Notes: a model not told the origin generated them from the letters alone. Positions 50,476-59,945 are shown, numbered from the stretch's first letter. The stretch: 64,000 bases of DNA from a bacterium (GCA_030427445.1 JAUIBQ010000001.1:25782-89781), one strand, 5' to 3'. Numbers and translations are program-made.

Positions 50476-51321
50476 ATGAAGAGATTAGCACCGCTTATTG
50501 CAACAGGAGCGATACTCACCGGTTGTGGCGGAAATACCGAACTTAATTTTCGAGAAGAAGCACAATTACTTACTGAACTAGGCACAAACAGTAATGAGTC
50601 TTATGATGATGCTGCGAATAACATCGCAAATGTAGCTGTCGACGGGAACATTACTTATGTTGAAGTAACAGAAGATGTCGAACACTTCGATCCAGAATTA
50701 GTATTTCAGGCGTACAGTTTATACGATTCATTCTCTTCATCTAATCCAGCTCGCCTTATCCCGTATGCAGTGGCAGACAAGGATATGAATGTCGTCGATA
50801 TAGGCAATATTTATGTAGAGATAGAGCAGTCCAAAAAAGATCATGTTGTATATTCGATACCAACAAATATTAATCCAAATCCATTTTATGGTCATCCTAG
50901 TGTTTTTACTGATTTCGATAACTTTGAGCAAACAGTATCAGTAGTAAGGCCGAACAACCAATCACCTCTTGAAGGTTTGCTAGTTGAGGCTTGTCAATCA
51001 AGTGTCCATGTACAGCTAGAGTCAAATGACGAACAGCTGCCGGTAGAGGATATCGATGGGTTCGAGTTGTTGGCTCAAGAAACAATATGTAACGGTATTG
51101 GGAAAGCACTTACTTCGAAGATTAGTGGATTAGATTATCAAACTTACATTAAAGTATACGAAACAAATAGCACTGTTCCGAATATTGGGTACCAACAATC
51201 TGACGGTCAAACAGACGTATTCGTAGATATGCCAATCCTTGACGAGGCAGCTTATGATAAATTGCCATCAATAAACGCAGCCACATTACATGGGCTTACA
51301 TACGGCACTTTGTACGAGTAA
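50476..51321 (+). CDS. Putative lipoprotein
   Basis: Signal peptide with LTGC lipobox; TTGACA/TATAAT promoter. Confidence 0.7.
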   Translation: MKRLAPLIATGAILTGCGGNTELNFREEAQLLTELGTNSNESYDDAANNIANVAVDGNITYVEVTEDVEHFDPELVFQAYSLYDSFSSSNPARLIPYAVADKDMNVVDIGNIYVEIEQSKKDHVVYSIPTNINPNPFYGHPSVFTDFDNFEQTVSVVRPNNQSPLEGLLVEACQSSVHVQLESNDEQLPVEDIDGFELLAQETICNGIGKALTSKISGLDYQTYIKVYETNSTVPNIGYQQSDGQTDVFVDMPILDEAAYDKLPSINAATLHGLTYGTLYE

Positions 51322-51383
51322 AATTGTTCAGAAATTTTAGTACCATTGACATATAGTAGTTATTAATGTTATAATAATCTTTG

Positions 51384-52202
51384 ATGAATAGACTGATCCC
51401 CATAATCACAGCTGGCGCAGTTTTTGCTGGTTGCGGAGGTAGTCCAGAACGTGCTGAGCTTGTGCATGACGCACCAAAGAGCGTAAAAGCAGAGCTACCA
51501 AACAGCCAATTCGATAACGCCGTACAAGAGTATAAAGACAGCTTCGGTTGTGCGGTTCCGATTGAAGACATAGTTATCAGTTATGTCGACTATTCATATG
51601 AAGAGCGGGCGATTGCAGATGCGTATGGCATGGGCATAGAGGATGTGTCCATTGGTGGGCGCACATACTCAGACAACTCTATTGGGATCAACCCCGATCT
51701 TCCTGAAACTGAGCAGTTAGGGACTCTGCAACATGAAATCGGACATGCCTGCAACGACAGGATTAACTACAAAACTCTTGAGGAACCAATTATTCTTGAC
51801 CAAGATTTTCAAATAATTGGTTTCGAGGGCTTTACTGTATTGTTTGACGGGTATACAGGCACAGATGAGAGCCAAGACGGAATCAACATGTTTACGATTA
51901 TCGAGGAAGCGATGGTGGACCTGCAAGCATCACAGCTCAGCCACTTTCAGGGTGTTGAATACGGAGCACAAGCTAGACTAGACTTACTAAAACAGATCAA
52001 TGACGTGTCTGGCATCGATATCGACACAGCATCTGACCTGATGCAATCCGATAATCTAGATCAGTACTTAGGACTTGTATTTAACAAAAAAACTGAAGAC
52101 TTAACGCCAGCAGACTACATAACAGTTATCAATATGTTTGTCGGTGCATACGAAACCGGTGCTCTACCATCGAATCAAGAAATTGAATCATTACGACAAT
52201 AG
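51384..52202 (+). CDS. Putative lipoprotein zinc metallopeptidase
   Basis: FAGC lipobox, HEIGH, downstream EEA. Confidence 0.72.
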   Translation: MNRLIPIITAGAVFAGCGGSPERAELVHDAPKSVKAELPNSQFDNAVQEYKDSFGCAVPIEDIVISYVDYSYEERAIADAYGMGIEDVSIGGRTYSDNSIGINPDLPETEQLGTLQHEIGHACNDRINYKTLEEPIILDQDFQIIGFEGFTVLFDGYTGTDESQDGINMFTIIEEAMVDLQASQLSHFQGVEYGAQARLDLLKQINDVSGIDIDTASDLMQSDNLDQYLGLVFNKKTEDLTPADYITVINMFVGAYETGALPSNQEIESLRQ

Positions 52203-52246
52203 GCTAGCCAACAATTACTTAGCGTTATTTATTATAAAATATACTT

Positions 52247-53137
52247 ATGAAACAAAATTTTCTATCTAATTATGGCCTAGGCATCATTGATAAGTACAAG
52301 TCTCATGGAGACGTATTGCCTCCGATTGAAAAACTCGACTCATGGATAGATGTATTATCCAAGTCTAAAGATCCGATGAAAGTATGGCTCGCGAGCAACA
52401 TGGCAGTTGATTGTGCACTACACCCTGAGAGCATTGATGAAAGAGTAAGGCGACTCGATATAGCGACTGAAGAAATTGATACGAGTCTCGACTCATACAC
52501 GTATGGGCTTGAAGAGTACGGGGTAGACGGCAGTAGCCGGCTACAGCAATATGTAGCAGCGAATGCAATTTACGCTGCAAACATCGCAGCTATAAAAGGA
52601 CAGATCGACAGCGTACAAGATCACGATGAAACATATGAAGACGTCCTACAGAGACTTGATTGGCTGGCAGAGCACGATATGACAGGAAGGGGATCAGCAG
52701 GTGAAGCTCATGCTGCCGAGTTCGTTCCTCAGCTACTTGTGATGCGTGCTGGAGGGGCGATAGATGACATAGCTACCGGTAGACTTTCGCAATTTCGAGA
52801 AGATCAGCGATCAAAGGGTATTCGTGATGACATCAATAAAAGCTGGGATAGTGGCCTGACATTTGCTGGCGACTCGGATGGTCTGGTGCATCCTGCCGTA
52901 AAACTTCAGATCAAACTAAAGAAAGTGAAGTCAGCCGATACTTATAGACGAGCGCGTGTAATCCCATTCACTATGAGACAAATAGGGGTTCTCTGTGTGG
53001 AAGACCTGATTAATGGTGTCCTAGCTGAAAATGATTTGCCTGGCAGTGAAGGGCGAGCGTACAGTTCAGAACAGCTAGACGATATCACGGGCAATCTTAT
53101 TACTGTGCTTGAAAGTGAAATGCGTAAAACTACGTAA
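52247..53137 (+). CDS. Hypothetical protein, possible PD-(D/E)xK-like fold
   Basis: E...SWD...LQIK spacing in the C-terminal half. Confidence 0.55.
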   Translation: MKQNFLSNYGLGIIDKYKSHGDVLPPIEKLDSWIDVLSKSKDPMKVWLASNMAVDCALHPESIDERVRRLDIATEEIDTSLDSYTYGLEEYGVDGSSRLQQYVAANAIYAANIAAIKGQIDSVQDHDETYEDVLQRLDWLAEHDMTGRGSAGEAHAAEFVPQLLVMRAGGAIDDIATGRLSQFREDQRSKGIRDDINKSWDSGLTFAGDSDGLVHPAVKLQIKLKKVKSADTYRRARVIPFTMRQIGVLCVEDLINGVLAENDLPGSEGRAYSSEQLDDITGNLITVLESEMRKTT

Positions 53138-53409
53138 GGTTTAATGAGAAATAATAATACCTGAAGCATTGCACAAAGCTAAACACACTTTAATTTTCAC
53201 TACTATAGTATTTATTGCTTACAGATAGTACTACTCTCACATGAAGTAGCTCGCCGGGTATATTACAGCTGGAGTAGTAGACTTACTTTCTAGTATGGCA
53301 ATGCATAGACTTGTGAGGGCATACATTAAAAAAACAAATCGAATTCAGTCCCTGAATGCCCACCACCTAAGGCCGAGGAAGATTTATCAGAAGGGAGTGT
53401 AACTCTCTA

Positions 53410-53456
53410 AATCCACGCCGTTTGGCAATTTAACTCCTCAGGAGTTCACATCATTT
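53410..53456 (-). repeat. 47-bp dispersed repeat, copy 6
   Basis: AATCCACGCCGTTTGGCAATTTAACTCCTCAGGAGTTCACATCATTT. Confidence 0.85.
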
Positions 53457-53469
53457 TTTTAGATATTTA

Positions 53470-53846
53470 TTTCGATGTCCTTTGTGCGACAAAGGACCAA
53501 AACATGGGGGTCCGGAGCATCTGTCTCTATAAAATTGTTGTTGAGAAGTACATGGCGACAAAAAGGCGTTTCACTTCCTCCTAGTTTTGCTCTTTAACAT
53601 GTATTTTCAACGAACAATTATTATCGGGTCAGATACTCTTTAAACCCCCATGCCCCAGGAAGTTGTGCAAATACATAATTTGCTATTTAATGATGATCCT
53701 CAGAAGTTACTCTGAAGCTAAAACCTACTTTTCATCGGTATGAAGTCTTTATGCTGCAAAAACCACTCAAATATCAGGTATTAATAATTATCAAATATTT
53801 TCCAGTCAGCCTGGTAATTCTCACTGAACAAGGATAGTATGAAGCC
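53470..53846 (+). repeat. Long structured mosaic repeat, copy I
   Basis: Hairpin plus CAAAA, long stem 53493-53652, GCAAATACATAATTTGC, CTTTTCATCGGTATGAAGTCTTTATG, CCTGGTAATTCTC. Confidence 0.8.
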
Positions 53847-54260
53847 ATGAATATGTATAAATCAAAATACAAACAACTACCGGGAACTTCGTATAGTGAA
53901 TTGATACGCTTGGCACGTAGTGAATATCATACAATTCAAAAAAGAACCCCTCGTCGCGTACCATATATTAGATCTGCGTATTTCACTAAAGACAAGATAT
54001 TTGTGAATAATTTCTGGGATCACTTGTCGCAAAAATCACCAAGAGATAGAGTAAGAAGGCTAAAACTCTACATAGCAGCTATAGATACTCTAAGAAATTC
54101 TAAAATACCACCAGAATCAATGCAAAACCCTAATAATCGAGAAGAGACGTTGCATCGTTTTTCCAGTATCACTGATGATGAGATTACATTTTATGTGCAA
54201 GTTAAAGAGAATAAGCGAACAAATAGAAAAGAATTTATTTCTTGTTTTCCTGCAAAATAA
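53847..54260 (+). CDS. Basic protein resembling BECR-fold (RelE/colicin-like) RNases
   Basis: FWDHL...DRVRRL...FYVQVKE...FISCFP pattern, judged by eye only. Confidence 0.55.
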   Translation: MNMYKSKYKQLPGTSYSELIRLARSEYHTIQKRTPRRVPYIRSAYFTKDKIFVNNFWDHLSQKSPRDRVRRLKLYIAAIDTLRNSKIPPESMQNPNNREETLHRFSSITDDEITFYVQVKENKRTNRKEFISCFPAK

Positions 54261-54306
54261 AAAAGGCCTTCCGCTGTGTAGTTCAAAGACTACTGCCGAA
54301 GGTCTT
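54259..54306 (-). ncRNA. Candidate ~48-nt hairpin small RNA convergent on the 53847 gene
   Basis: Minus-strand TTGACA (54337-54342), 18 bp, TATATT (54313-54318) with extended TG; then one hairpin ending in a T6 run. Confidence 0.55.
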
Positions 54307-54379
54307 AAATTAAATATAGCATAAGCTATTAGTTTATGTCAATATTTTGTCAATAGTTTATTTAATTGCCTTACTGCGG

Positions 54380-54524
54380 CTGGTCCTCAGAAATTATCCT
54401 GAAGCTATATCTTACTTTTCATCGGTATGAAGTCTTTATGATGATGAAACTCCAGTGTCAGTTATTAAATATCAAATATCTACCAACCTGGTAATTCTCG
54501 CTTTTAAGGGGTAGTATGTAAGCA
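54380..54524 (+). repeat. Long structured mosaic repeat, copy II (3' part)
   Basis: CCTCAGAAATTATCCTGAAG, CTTACTTTTCATCGGTATGAAGTCTTTATG, CCTGGTAATTCTC...TAGTAT. Confidence 0.8.
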
Positions 54525-54872
54525 ATGAGTGACTTGCAGAAATTACAAGAAAGAGTACTGAGGTTCCGGGATGAGCGAGACTGGAAGCAATTTCATAATC
54601 CTAAAGACTTAGCGATCTCACTTCTGGCGGAAGCTGCGGAGCTTCTAGACGAATTTAAGTGGAAAGATGAAAAACAGATAGCGCAACATCTCAGAGAAAA
54701 CAAAGAATCAGTATCAGATGAAGTCATGGATGTGCTTTACAATACATTATTAATTGCAGCAGACCTTGATATCGATATCTCAAAAGAATTTGAACGTAAA
54801 ATGCAGTCTAACGAAGCCAAGTATCCGATCGAGAAGTCGTCTGGAAATAATAAGAAATATACTGAGATATAG
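54525..54872 (+). CDS. MazG-like nucleotide pyrophosphohydrolase
   Basis: FRDERDWKQFHNPKDLA, EAAEL, DEVMDV, NEAKYP. Confidence 0.92.
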   Translation: MSDLQKLQERVLRFRDERDWKQFHNPKDLAISLLAEAAELLDEFKWKDEKQIAQHLRENKESVSDEVMDVLYNTLLIAADLDIDISKEFERKMQSNEAKYPIEKSSGNNKKYTEI

Positions 54873-54900
54873 TTTCTGTCTTAGTTGTTCATCGATTGTA

Positions 54901-54947
54901 ATTTCACGCCGTTTGGTGTTTTAACTCCTTAGAGTTTCACTCCATTT
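54901..54947 (-). repeat. 47-bp dispersed repeat, copy 7
   Basis: ATTTCACGCCGTTTGGTGTTTTAACTCCTTAGAGTTTCACTCCATTT. Confidence 0.88.
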
Positions 54948-55051
54948 TAGAATAATTCATCCGATAGAGTCTTAGTCCTGTAAACCATTTATAGAATTGC
55001 AAGGTGTTTTATTATATAATACTAAGCCATGAAAAGGAGCCTTACATATTA

Positions 55052-55528
55052 ATGAGCGAAGTAACCAATTTACACACTAACAAAACAGGATTCCCAGTGC
55101 AGTTTCCAGTTGAAACAATGAAGGACCTTGATGCTATATCTGCAATTGGCACATTTAATGACGGAGTTTATCAACCATTAGGATTCACTAAAATAATGGA
55201 TCAGATTATTGGACAGTACTTAAGTAGTGGACATGAAGGTCCCCTAGTCACTCACGATGAGGATACTGAGACTATTCAACGAGCAGTAAGATTAAGCGAT
55301 CAACATTTGGCTACTATGGAGGAAAGATTCCCTGGCATGCAACGCTATAGCCTAGTTGCTGGAGTAGCACTAACAGCGACACTACACTATAGCCACACAT
55401 GTATAGACTACGGAGAAAAACCACCGAAGATACATACCATTAGTTTAGGTCAAGAACCGGGAAGCTTTGCTGAATTATTAAGACACAAGCCGTTTCTTGG
55501 ATTCAAGCCACAAGATATAAAAGAATAA
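55052..55528 (+). CDS. Hypothetical protein bracketed by two 47-bp repeats
   Basis: AAGGAG upstream; 158 aa. Confidence 0.6.
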   Translation: MSEVTNLHTNKTGFPVQFPVETMKDLDAISAIGTFNDGVYQPLGFTKIMDQIIGQYLSSGHEGPLVTHDEDTETIQRAVRLSDQHLATMEERFPGMQRYSLVAGVALTATLHYSHTCIDYGEKPPKIHTISLGQEPGSFAELLRHKPFLGFKPQDIKE

Positions 55529-55541
55529 AACTTCAATCAGA

Positions 55542-55588
55542 ACTTCACGCCGTTTGATATTATAACTCTTTAGGTTTTCACTTCATTT
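55542..55588 (-). repeat. 47-bp dispersed repeat, copy 8
   Basis: ACTTCACGCCGTTTGATATTATAACTCTTTAGGTTTTCACTTCATTT. Confidence 0.85.
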
Positions 55589-55606
55589 TATTTTATAGTG
55601 CGTTTC

Positions 55607-55980
55607 TGCGGGTGGCTTCGCCCCGCACCCATGACTTACTTTTACCTACAGGTGCAAAAGTAAGCAAAAACCCCGCACCCAGTCATAAAAACACTATTGA
55701 GATAATAACCAAATACTACCGTGCCTTGCGGAACGCAAGCGGTCCAGAAAGTTTCTTTAGCTGATGTTTCTGGACTGGTCCTCGGCAATGACTCGCTAGT
55801 ATTTACTCACTTCCTCATCGGTTTTTATGAAGGGTAATTAAATACAAACCCGGACTGCAGGAATCTGTGCAAATACATAATTTGCTATTTTATGATGGAC
55901 CTCAGAAATTATTCTGAAGCTAAAAACTTACTTTTCATCGGTATGAAGTCTTTATGCTGGTAATGCTAATCAAATATCAA
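55607..55980 (+). repeat. Long structured mosaic repeat, copy III (most complete)
   Basis: GCGGGTGGCTTCGCCCCGCACCCATGACTTACTTTTACCTACAGGTGCAAAAGTAAGCAAAAACCCC plus the downstream blocks. Confidence 0.85.
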
Positions 55981-56087
55981 GTATCACCACGGGTGATGTT
56001 GTCGATGACGACAACTTGCTCGTCGACTTCTTCTTCAGTCCGCGGATCCGACTTCTTAGATCCAAATAGCCAAGAAAATAATCCCAT
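55977..56087 (-). CDS. Small protein MGLFSWLFGSKK... (36 aa; absent from the ORF track)
   Basis: TATAAT 6 nt upstream of the ATG; amphipathic N-terminus. Confidence 0.5.
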   Translation of the reverse strand: MGLFSWLFGSKKSDPRTEEEVDEQVVVIDNITRGDT

Positions 56088-56147
56088 ACCCCAATTATAA
56101 TCCCAAACAGAGTGGAAAAATATCCCGAACAGGGGTAGTATTAATTT

Positions 56148-56792
56148 ATGAAAATGTCAGATAGACGTAAAGACCTCAGGCCAAGAGAAAAACTACAGGC
56201 TAAAGGGGTACGAAGTTTATCAGACTATGAACTCTTAATGGCCGTGATTGGAAGCGGAACACAATATGCGGATGTGTCGAAACTTGCACGAGACACTCAA
56301 AAACTTATCAAAGAAAAAGGCAGTAACCTTTCATATGAAGACTTACTAACCATTTCGAGCTTAGGCCCAGCAAAAGCATCAACCATAATGGCAGGATTTG
56401 AACTATGGCGCAGACAGTTTGAAGTAACGGAGCGACCAATTATTGACACACCGGAAAAAGCCGTCGAACAACTTACAGATATTCGTGACAAAAAACAAGA
56501 ATACTTCGTGTGTCTAACGCTTGATGGTGCAAATCGCCTAATCGCTAAGCGCATTATCACGATAGGTACGCTCACTGCTAGCCTTGTCCATCCTCGTGAA
56601 GTTTTCGCAGAAGCAATAACTGATCGAGCAGCAAGCATCATCGTTGCCCATAATCATCCCAGCGGCAATTTAAATCCATCATATGATGATATAGAGATAA
56701 CGAAACAGTTATCTCATGCTGGAAAGATTTTAGACATCAGATTGAATAGCCATGTTATCGTTTCGAACAATAAGTGGAGTGAGTTTGTTTAA
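56148..56792 (+). CDS. radC: RadC (JAB domain) family protein
   Basis: RPREKL, VHPREVF, AHNHPSG. Confidence 0.95.
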   Translation: MKMSDRRKDLRPREKLQAKGVRSLSDYELLMAVIGSGTQYADVSKLARDTQKLIKEKGSNLSYEDLLTISSLGPAKASTIMAGFELWRRQFEVTERPIIDTPEKAVEQLTDIRDKKQEYFVCLTLDGANRLIAKRIITIGTLTASLVHPREVFAEAITDRAASIIVAHNHPSGNLNPSYDDIEITKQLSHAGKILDIRLNSHVIVSNNKWSEFV

Positions 56793-56793
56793 A

Positions 56794-58179
56794 ATGCATG
56801 AAATATATTTAACAAAAGAAGAGGTTCTTAAAAAAGCTGAGACTGCTTTAAATAAATCACTTCGTGAAGTTATATCTAAAGAATCAACCAAATTAATTGA
56901 AGAACAGATTGGGTACTATGGATTAAGGCGTAAAGGTCTACTAGGCGATATTACTGAAAAATATTTTTTTAATATACACCCCGGTAATGTTAGTAACCCA
57001 GATTTCGCAGTTGCTGAAGTTGAACTAAAAACCACTCCGCTAAAAAAACATAAATCATTAAAGTATGTGTCTAAAGAACGTCTGGTTTTTTCGATGATAA
57101 ATTATGAAAAAATTATCGAAGAAACTTGGGAGAAGAGCTCTTTTTTAAATAAAAATAAATCCGTTCTATTGATGTTCTATCTGTGGCTGGACAACCAAAG
57201 TATATTAGACTACGAATTTAAGTTTATTCACCTACTCAACCTTTTAGAAAACATATCCAGCGAAGATGCGCTTCAAATCAAGAAAGACTGGGAATTTATT
57301 GTAAACAAAATTAGACGAGGTGAGGCTCATTTACTTTCTGAAGGTGACACGTATTACTTGGGTGCATGTACTAAGGCTACGAACAGTCGAGTCGTTAGAG
57401 AACAGCCAGCAAATTCGATTCCTGCCAAGCCAAGAGCATTTTCTTTCAAACAGCAATACATGAACTACATTGTCCAGTCCAGACTACTTAGTAAAAGCAC
57501 AGATAAAGATTCGATATTTGCTAACGCTCAACATAAAGCTACAATCGAGGAGACAATACACAAAAAATTTACTCCATTCTTAGGAAAAACAGATAATGAA
57601 ATACTAAGTTCATTAGAGTCAAAATTATTGAAAAAGTCTAAGAGTTATAAAAGGCTAATTGTTAACCAAATACTAGGTGTTACATCGAACAAGATAGAGG
57701 AATTTGAAAAAGCAAATATCACATTAAGAGTGCTAACTCTTGAACACACAGGAACATTGAAAGAGTCTATATCTTTTCCAGCGTTTGATTACAAAGATTT
57801 AATAACTCAGGTATGGTATGACGATAAGGATGAGATAATGTCTGATTTTCATTCACAATTAGAGACCAAGAAATTTTTGTTCGTAGTCTTCCAGAAGCAA
57901 AAAAACATGAAAGACATAACTTTAAAAAAGGTTGCTTTTTGGAATTTTCCCATGAATGACTTAAAAGAGGCAGAAAAAGTATGGAGAAAGACCATCGAAT
58001 GCATTAATGAAGGGGAATACGAAAGTTTACCTAAAATCAAAGATAGTAGAGTTGCACACGTTCGACCACATGCAAAAAATGCTCATGATACACTTGAAAC
58101 ACCACAAAAAACACAAGAAATTAAGCGTAGTTTCTGGTTGAATGCTAAATACATAGAAAATGTACTAAAAAATCTATAG
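56794..58179 (+). CDS. Sau3AI/MutH-family type II restriction endonuclease
   Basis: PDF...VELKTTP, SKERL, LSEGDTYYLGACTK, duplicated MutH-like halves, HVRPH, FWLN. Confidence 0.9.
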   Translation: MHEIYLTKEEVLKKAETALNKSLREVISKESTKLIEEQIGYYGLRRKGLLGDITEKYFFNIHPGNVSNPDFAVAEVELKTTPLKKHKSLKYVSKERLVFSMINYEKIIEETWEKSSFLNKNKSVLLMFYLWLDNQSILDYEFKFIHLLNLLENISSEDALQIKKDWEFIVNKIRRGEAHLLSEGDTYYLGACTKATNSRVVREQPANSIPAKPRAFSFKQQYMNYIVQSRLLSKSTDKDSIFANAQHKATIEETIHKKFTPFLGKTDNEILSSLESKLLKKSKSYKRLIVNQILGVTSNKIEEFEKANITLRVLTLEHTGTLKESISFPAFDYKDLITQVWYDDKDEIMSDFHSQLETKKFLFVVFQKQKNMKDITLKKVAFWNFPMNDLKEAEKVWRKTIECINEGEYESLPKIKDSRVAHVRPHAKNAHDTLETPQKTQEIKRSFWLNAKYIENVLKNL

Positions 58180-58186
58180 TGCGGCA

Positions 58187-58215
58187 TTGATCGAAATAGT
58201 TTTATTTGTTAATAT
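58187..58215 (+). promoter_or_regulatory. Putative methyltransferase promoter with GATC in the -35 box
   Basis: TTGATC, 17 bp, TAATAT, then 6 nt to the ATG. Confidence 0.6.
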
Positions 58216-58221
58216 TAAATA

Positions 58222-59481
58222 ATGAAAAATATTAAAGTTGTTGAATTATTTGCAGGTGTAGGGGGATTTCGCTTAGGCTTAGACGCGGCAAGCAATTACA
58301 AGACACAATTCAAGACAGTTTGGGCTAGCCAGTGGGAGCCTTCTACAAAGAAACAAGACGCTGCTGATATTTATGCTGCAAGGTTTGGCAAAAAGGGTTT
58401 GAGCGCTGAAAACATAGAAGATGTGATTGAAAATAACTTCGAATCTATTCCGAATCACGATTTACTAGTTGGTGGTTTTCCATGCCAAGACTATTCTGTA
58501 GCGGCGACTCTAAAAAACTCAAAGGGTCTAATTGGCAAAAAGGGTGTCTTGTTCTGGTCAATTTACTCAATACTAAAGAAAAAAGGTGAAAAAGCACCTA
58601 AGTACCTATTCCTAGAAAATGTAGATAGACTCCTGAAATCTCCGGCCAAACAACGCGGCAAAGACTTCGCCGTAATGTTGGCAGCATTGTCTGATTTGGG
58701 ATATGCAATTGAGTGGCGTGTTATTAACGCGGCAGACTACGGGTTCCCGCAACGTCGAAGGAGGATTTTTATTCTTGGCTATAAAGTTGGCACAAAACTT
58801 TATAAGGAACTTTTGCAATCTTCACAGGACACCACCAACTGGATTACAAAGGATGGTGTCTTGGCGGACGCCTTCCCTATATCCAATGAGTTGAGTAGAG
58901 TGAATAAGTTCGATATTAAAGGTACTCCGAAAACCATAACTGAAGAATTCTCATCAAATTCTCCAAAGATTAGCCCATTTGAAAATTCGGGCATTATGGT
59001 TAGTCGTCATATCATTACCGCCAAATCGACACCTAACTATGAAGGTAACATTACTAAACTGCGTAGTGTGTTGATTAGAGAAAATCAAGTACCAGAAGAA
59101 TACTTCATCGATGAGGAGCAGGTAGAGAAGTGGAAATACCTTAAAGGCGCTAAAAGTGAGGAAAGAACTGCAGCCAGTGGTCACGTTTATCATTACTCAG
59201 AAGGTCCAATGACCTTCCCAGACAATCTCGACAAGCCATCAAGAACCATAATTACTGGGGAGGGTGGCGCAGGTCCTTCTAGATTTAAGCATGTCGTAAA
59301 GACTAAAAGTGGTAAATACAGAAGGCTAACACCTATCGAGCTAGAGAGACTGGATATGTTTCCAGACAATCATACTAAACTAGAAGGTGTATCTGATATT
59401 CGACGTGCATTTATCTGTGGCAATGCATTGGTAGTTGGTGCAATCACTAAAGTGGGTGAATCTTTAGTAAAAAAAATTTAG
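58222..59481 (+). CDS. dcm: DNA (cytosine-5)-methyltransferase (M.Sau3AI-like)
   Basis: ELFAGVGG, GGFPCQDYS, ENV, QRRRR, GNA. Confidence 0.95.
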   Translation: MKNIKVVELFAGVGGFRLGLDAASNYKTQFKTVWASQWEPSTKKQDAADIYAARFGKKGLSAENIEDVIENNFESIPNHDLLVGGFPCQDYSVAATLKNSKGLIGKKGVLFWSIYSILKKKGEKAPKYLFLENVDRLLKSPAKQRGKDFAVMLAALSDLGYAIEWRVINAADYGFPQRRRRIFILGYKVGTKLYKELLQSSQDTTNWITKDGVLADAFPISNELSRVNKFDIKGTPKTITEEFSSNSPKISPFENSGIMVSRHIITAKSTPNYEGNITKLRSVLIRENQVPEEYFIDEEQVEKWKYLKGAKSEERTAASGHVYHYSEGPMTFPDNLDKPSRTIITGEGGAGPSRFKHVVKTKSGKYRRLTPIELERLDMFPDNHTKLEGVSDIRRAFICGNALVVGAITKVGESLVKKI

Positions 59482-59718
59482 AACCTTTATCTAAAGAAGT
59501 TTTACGCCTTCAGTTTTAGGCAACTCTTCAATTATGAGTTCTTTTATTTCCTCTCTAGACATCGTATCAACCAGCTTCACACCAGCCACCATGTTTATTA
59601 TTTTGACAACTTTATATTTTAATTAATTATTATTTGGATATTTTCCGATTCTAGAAATCCTATCTCCGAAGTTCAACGACTTTATAAATACTTTCTTCGA
59701 GAAAGTATAAACAATTAT

Positions 59719-59887
59719 TAGCAAATAATGTATTTGCACAGATTCCTAGGGTCCTGGGATTAATTGAATCACCCTTCATAAAAACCCTAGTAGTAGACTC
59801 TGTCACTATAGGGCGTAACCGATGAGAGAGTGAGTAAATACTATCGAATCATCGCCGAGATAATCAAATAGCAAATTATGTATTTGA
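59719..59887 (-). repeat. Long structured mosaic repeat, copy IV (inverted, partial)
   Basis: Reverse complement of ~55780-55887 with an extra ~33-bp hairpin insert; two GCAAAT..ATTTG boxes. Confidence 0.8.
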
Positions 59888-59945
59888 ACGGTTTATCTTA
59901 TCTATTATTAAGACTCCACAAGCTACAGAGTGTTATTATTAATTC

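Noticed and set aside
49337..55588. 47-bp repeats as a CRISPR array
   Set aside because: Spacing is hundreds to thousands of bp with whole genes between copies, the copies are degenerate, and no cas genes are present.
59490..59592. Short minus-strand ORF MVAGVKLVDTMSREEIKEL...
   Set aside because: 33 aa with no clear expression signals; possibly a remnant but unsupported.
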